The notes beneath the pieces were generated by a model, which was not told where the DNA came from, searched no databases, and was given only the letters and a program-made list of their open reading frames with translations. From an uncultured bacterium (GTDB lineage Bacteria > RBG-13-66-14 > B26-G2 > WVWN01), in assembly GCA_964547385.1 (NCBI GenBank), contig CAZJNB010000004.1, forward strand, positions 1-24,263: DNA of 24,263 bases, in the 5' to 3' direction. Both the position numbers and the translations under genes were made by a program. Shown piece by piece: positions 23,018 through 24,263 of the stretch. Position 1 is the first letter of the stretch. Every line of letters starts with the position of its first letter.

Positions 23018-24263
23018 ATGATTAGCGAGGAGTATATTGTCGCGGGGGAGCGGCGCCGAGCCGGAGAGGAGCTCCCCGTCCGCTGTCCCTTCGACGGCGA
23101 AGCGGTCGGCACGAGCTGGCGGGCGACGGCCGCGGACGTGGAGGCGGCGACGGCCGCGGCGAGCGAGTTCTTCGCAGGAGGCGAGGCGCCGCCGCTCTAC
23201 GAGCGCGTCGAGACGCTGAACCTCCTTTCGGCGCTGGTGAAGGAAAACGCGGAGGAGCTGGCGCGGACGTTGGCGTTGGAGGCCGGGAAGAACATAAAGG
23301 AGGCGCGCGGCGAGGTGGGCCGGTGCGTCTTTACGTGCGCCGCGGCGGCGGCGGCGGCGAGCCAACTGGAGGGCGAGGTCGTGCCGTTGGACGCGCACGC
23401 CGCCGGCCGGGGCCGGTTCGGCATCGTCCGGCGCTTCCCGCGGGGCCCGGTCCTGGCGATAACGCCTTTCAACTTCCCCCTAAACTTGGTCGCCCACAAG
23501 CTCGCGCCGGCCCTCGCGTGCGGCGCGCCCATCGTCATCAAGCCGGCGTCGGCGACGCCGCTCTCGGCGTTAAAACTCGGCGCCCTGGCGCTGGCGGCGG
23601 GAGCGCCGTCCCGGCAGATTTCGGTGCTGCCGATGCCGGGCGGCGAAGCCGAGGCGATGGTGGGCGACGAGCGTTTCGCGGTGCTGACCTTCACCGGCTC
23701 GCAAGAAGTGGGGTGGCGGCTGAGGGCGGCGGCAGGCCGCAAACAAGTGTGCTTGGAGCTGGGCGGGAACGCGGCGACTATTATCCATTCCGACGCCGAC
23801 CTCGAGCGCGCGGTCGCGCGGGTCGCCGCCGGGGCCTTCGGCGTCGCCGGCCAATCGTGCATCTCGGTCCAACGCGTCTATATCCACCGGCCCGGCTACG
23901 ACGACTTCGTGGCGTCGCTCGTCGCGAGAGCGGCCGCGCTCCGCGTAGGCCCGCCGCTGGACGAGGAGGCCGACATCGGAAGTATGGTCGACGACGCGTC
24001 GGCGGCGCGCGTCGAGCAGTGGCTCGCCGAGGCGACGGCCGCGGGCGCCGAAGTCCTTACGGGCGGCGCGCGCGAGGGGACCCGCTTCGCGCCGACGGTC
24101 GTCGCGGCCTGCCCGCGCGAGGCCAAGTTGAGTTATCGGGAGGCGTTCGCGCCCGTCGTTTTGGTCGAGCCCTACGACGACTTCGCCGCGGCCGTTGCGT
24201 TGGCCGACGACTCCCGCTACGGCCTGCAGGCCGGCGTCTTCACCCGCGACATAGGCCGGATAC
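23018..24263 (+). CDS. NAD(P)-dependent aldehyde dehydrogenase family protein. The N-terminal ~415 codons are in the window; the gene continues past the right edge.
   Basis: ATG at 23018 with GAGGAGG 8 nt upstream. The translation MISEEYIVAGERR...ITPFNFPLNLVAHKLAPALACGAPIVIKPASATPLSAL...TFTGSQEVG...CLELGGNAATIIHSDADLERA...GAFGVAGQSCISVQRVYIH...YGLQAGVFTRDI contains the ALDH Rossmann region, the ELGG(K/N) motif and the catalytic-Cys GQxC motif. It is not in the track because it runs off the window. Confidence 0.85.
   Translation, partial: MISEEYIVAGERRRAGEELPVRCPFDGEAVGTSWRATAADVEAATAAASEFFAGGEAPPLYERVETLNLLSALVKENAEELARTLALEAGKNIKEARGEVGRCVFTCAAAAAAASQLEGEVVPLDAHAAGRGRFGIVRRFPRGPVLAITPFNFPLNLVAHKLAPALACGAPIVIKPASATPLSALKLGALALAAGAPSRQISVLPMPGGEAEAMVGDERFAVLTFTGSQEVGWRLRAAAGRKQVCLELGGNAATIIHSDADLERAVARVAAGAFGVAGQSCISVQRVYIHRPGYDDFVASLVARAAALRVGPPLDEEADIGSMVDDASAARVEQWLAEATAAGAEVLTGGAREGTRFAPTVVAACPREAKLSYREAFAPVVLVEPYDDFAAAVALADDSRYGLQAGVFTRDIGRI

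Noticed and set aside
1-24263. CRISPR arrays, tRNA/rRNA genes, transposases, integrases and phage genes.
   Set aside because: I found no regularly spaced direct repeats, no tRNA-like cloverleaf signatures (for example GGTTCGAATCC T-arm), no rRNA-like conserved blocks and no transposase or integrase-like ORFs. Coding density and the uniform high-GC composition argue that this is chromosomal core and accessory DNA rather than a mobile element.

Overview
This is a high-GC (about 68-70%) bacterial contig with short AT-rich intergenic islands, and nearly every gene has a Shine-Dalgarno-like motif. I found no rRNA, tRNA, CRISPR array, transposase or integrase. From left to right the window contains: the 5' part of a membrane H+/Na+-pyrophosphatase gene (minus strand, runs off the window); a lipoprotein-type monoheme cytochrome c; a COG3462/SHOCT membrane protein; a small 2-TM protein; smc; a Yip1-family membrane protein with an N-terminal zinc ribbon; a four-gene envelope cluster (a lipoprotein with three carboxypeptidase-regulatory-like repeats, a TPR-CapA fusion, a RicT/YaaT PSP1 protein and a beta-barrel-like secreted protein); an SPFH(stomatin/band-7) - LEA_2-like lipoprotein - tandem M16 zinc peptidase module; a minus-strand operon at about 15.2-20.9 kb; a divergently transcribed BatA/vWA-like membrane protein; and the 5' part of an aldehyde dehydrogenase gene. 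The minus-strand operon is the most unusual region. It encodes a class I SAM methyltransferase, two paralogous cobalamin-binding (class B) radical SAM enzymes with translationally coupled stop/start overlaps, a pentapeptide-repeat protein fused to a 2-TM K+-channel-like pore whose selectivity filter is degenerate, and a secreted LolA/DUF3108-like protein. There is no precursor-peptide ORF. I read it as a candidate and probably undescribed small-molecule or lipid modification system, but a RiPP or other function cannot be excluded from sequence alone. Many long ORFs in the six-frame track are antisense or off-frame artefacts of GC-rich coding DNA and were rejected.
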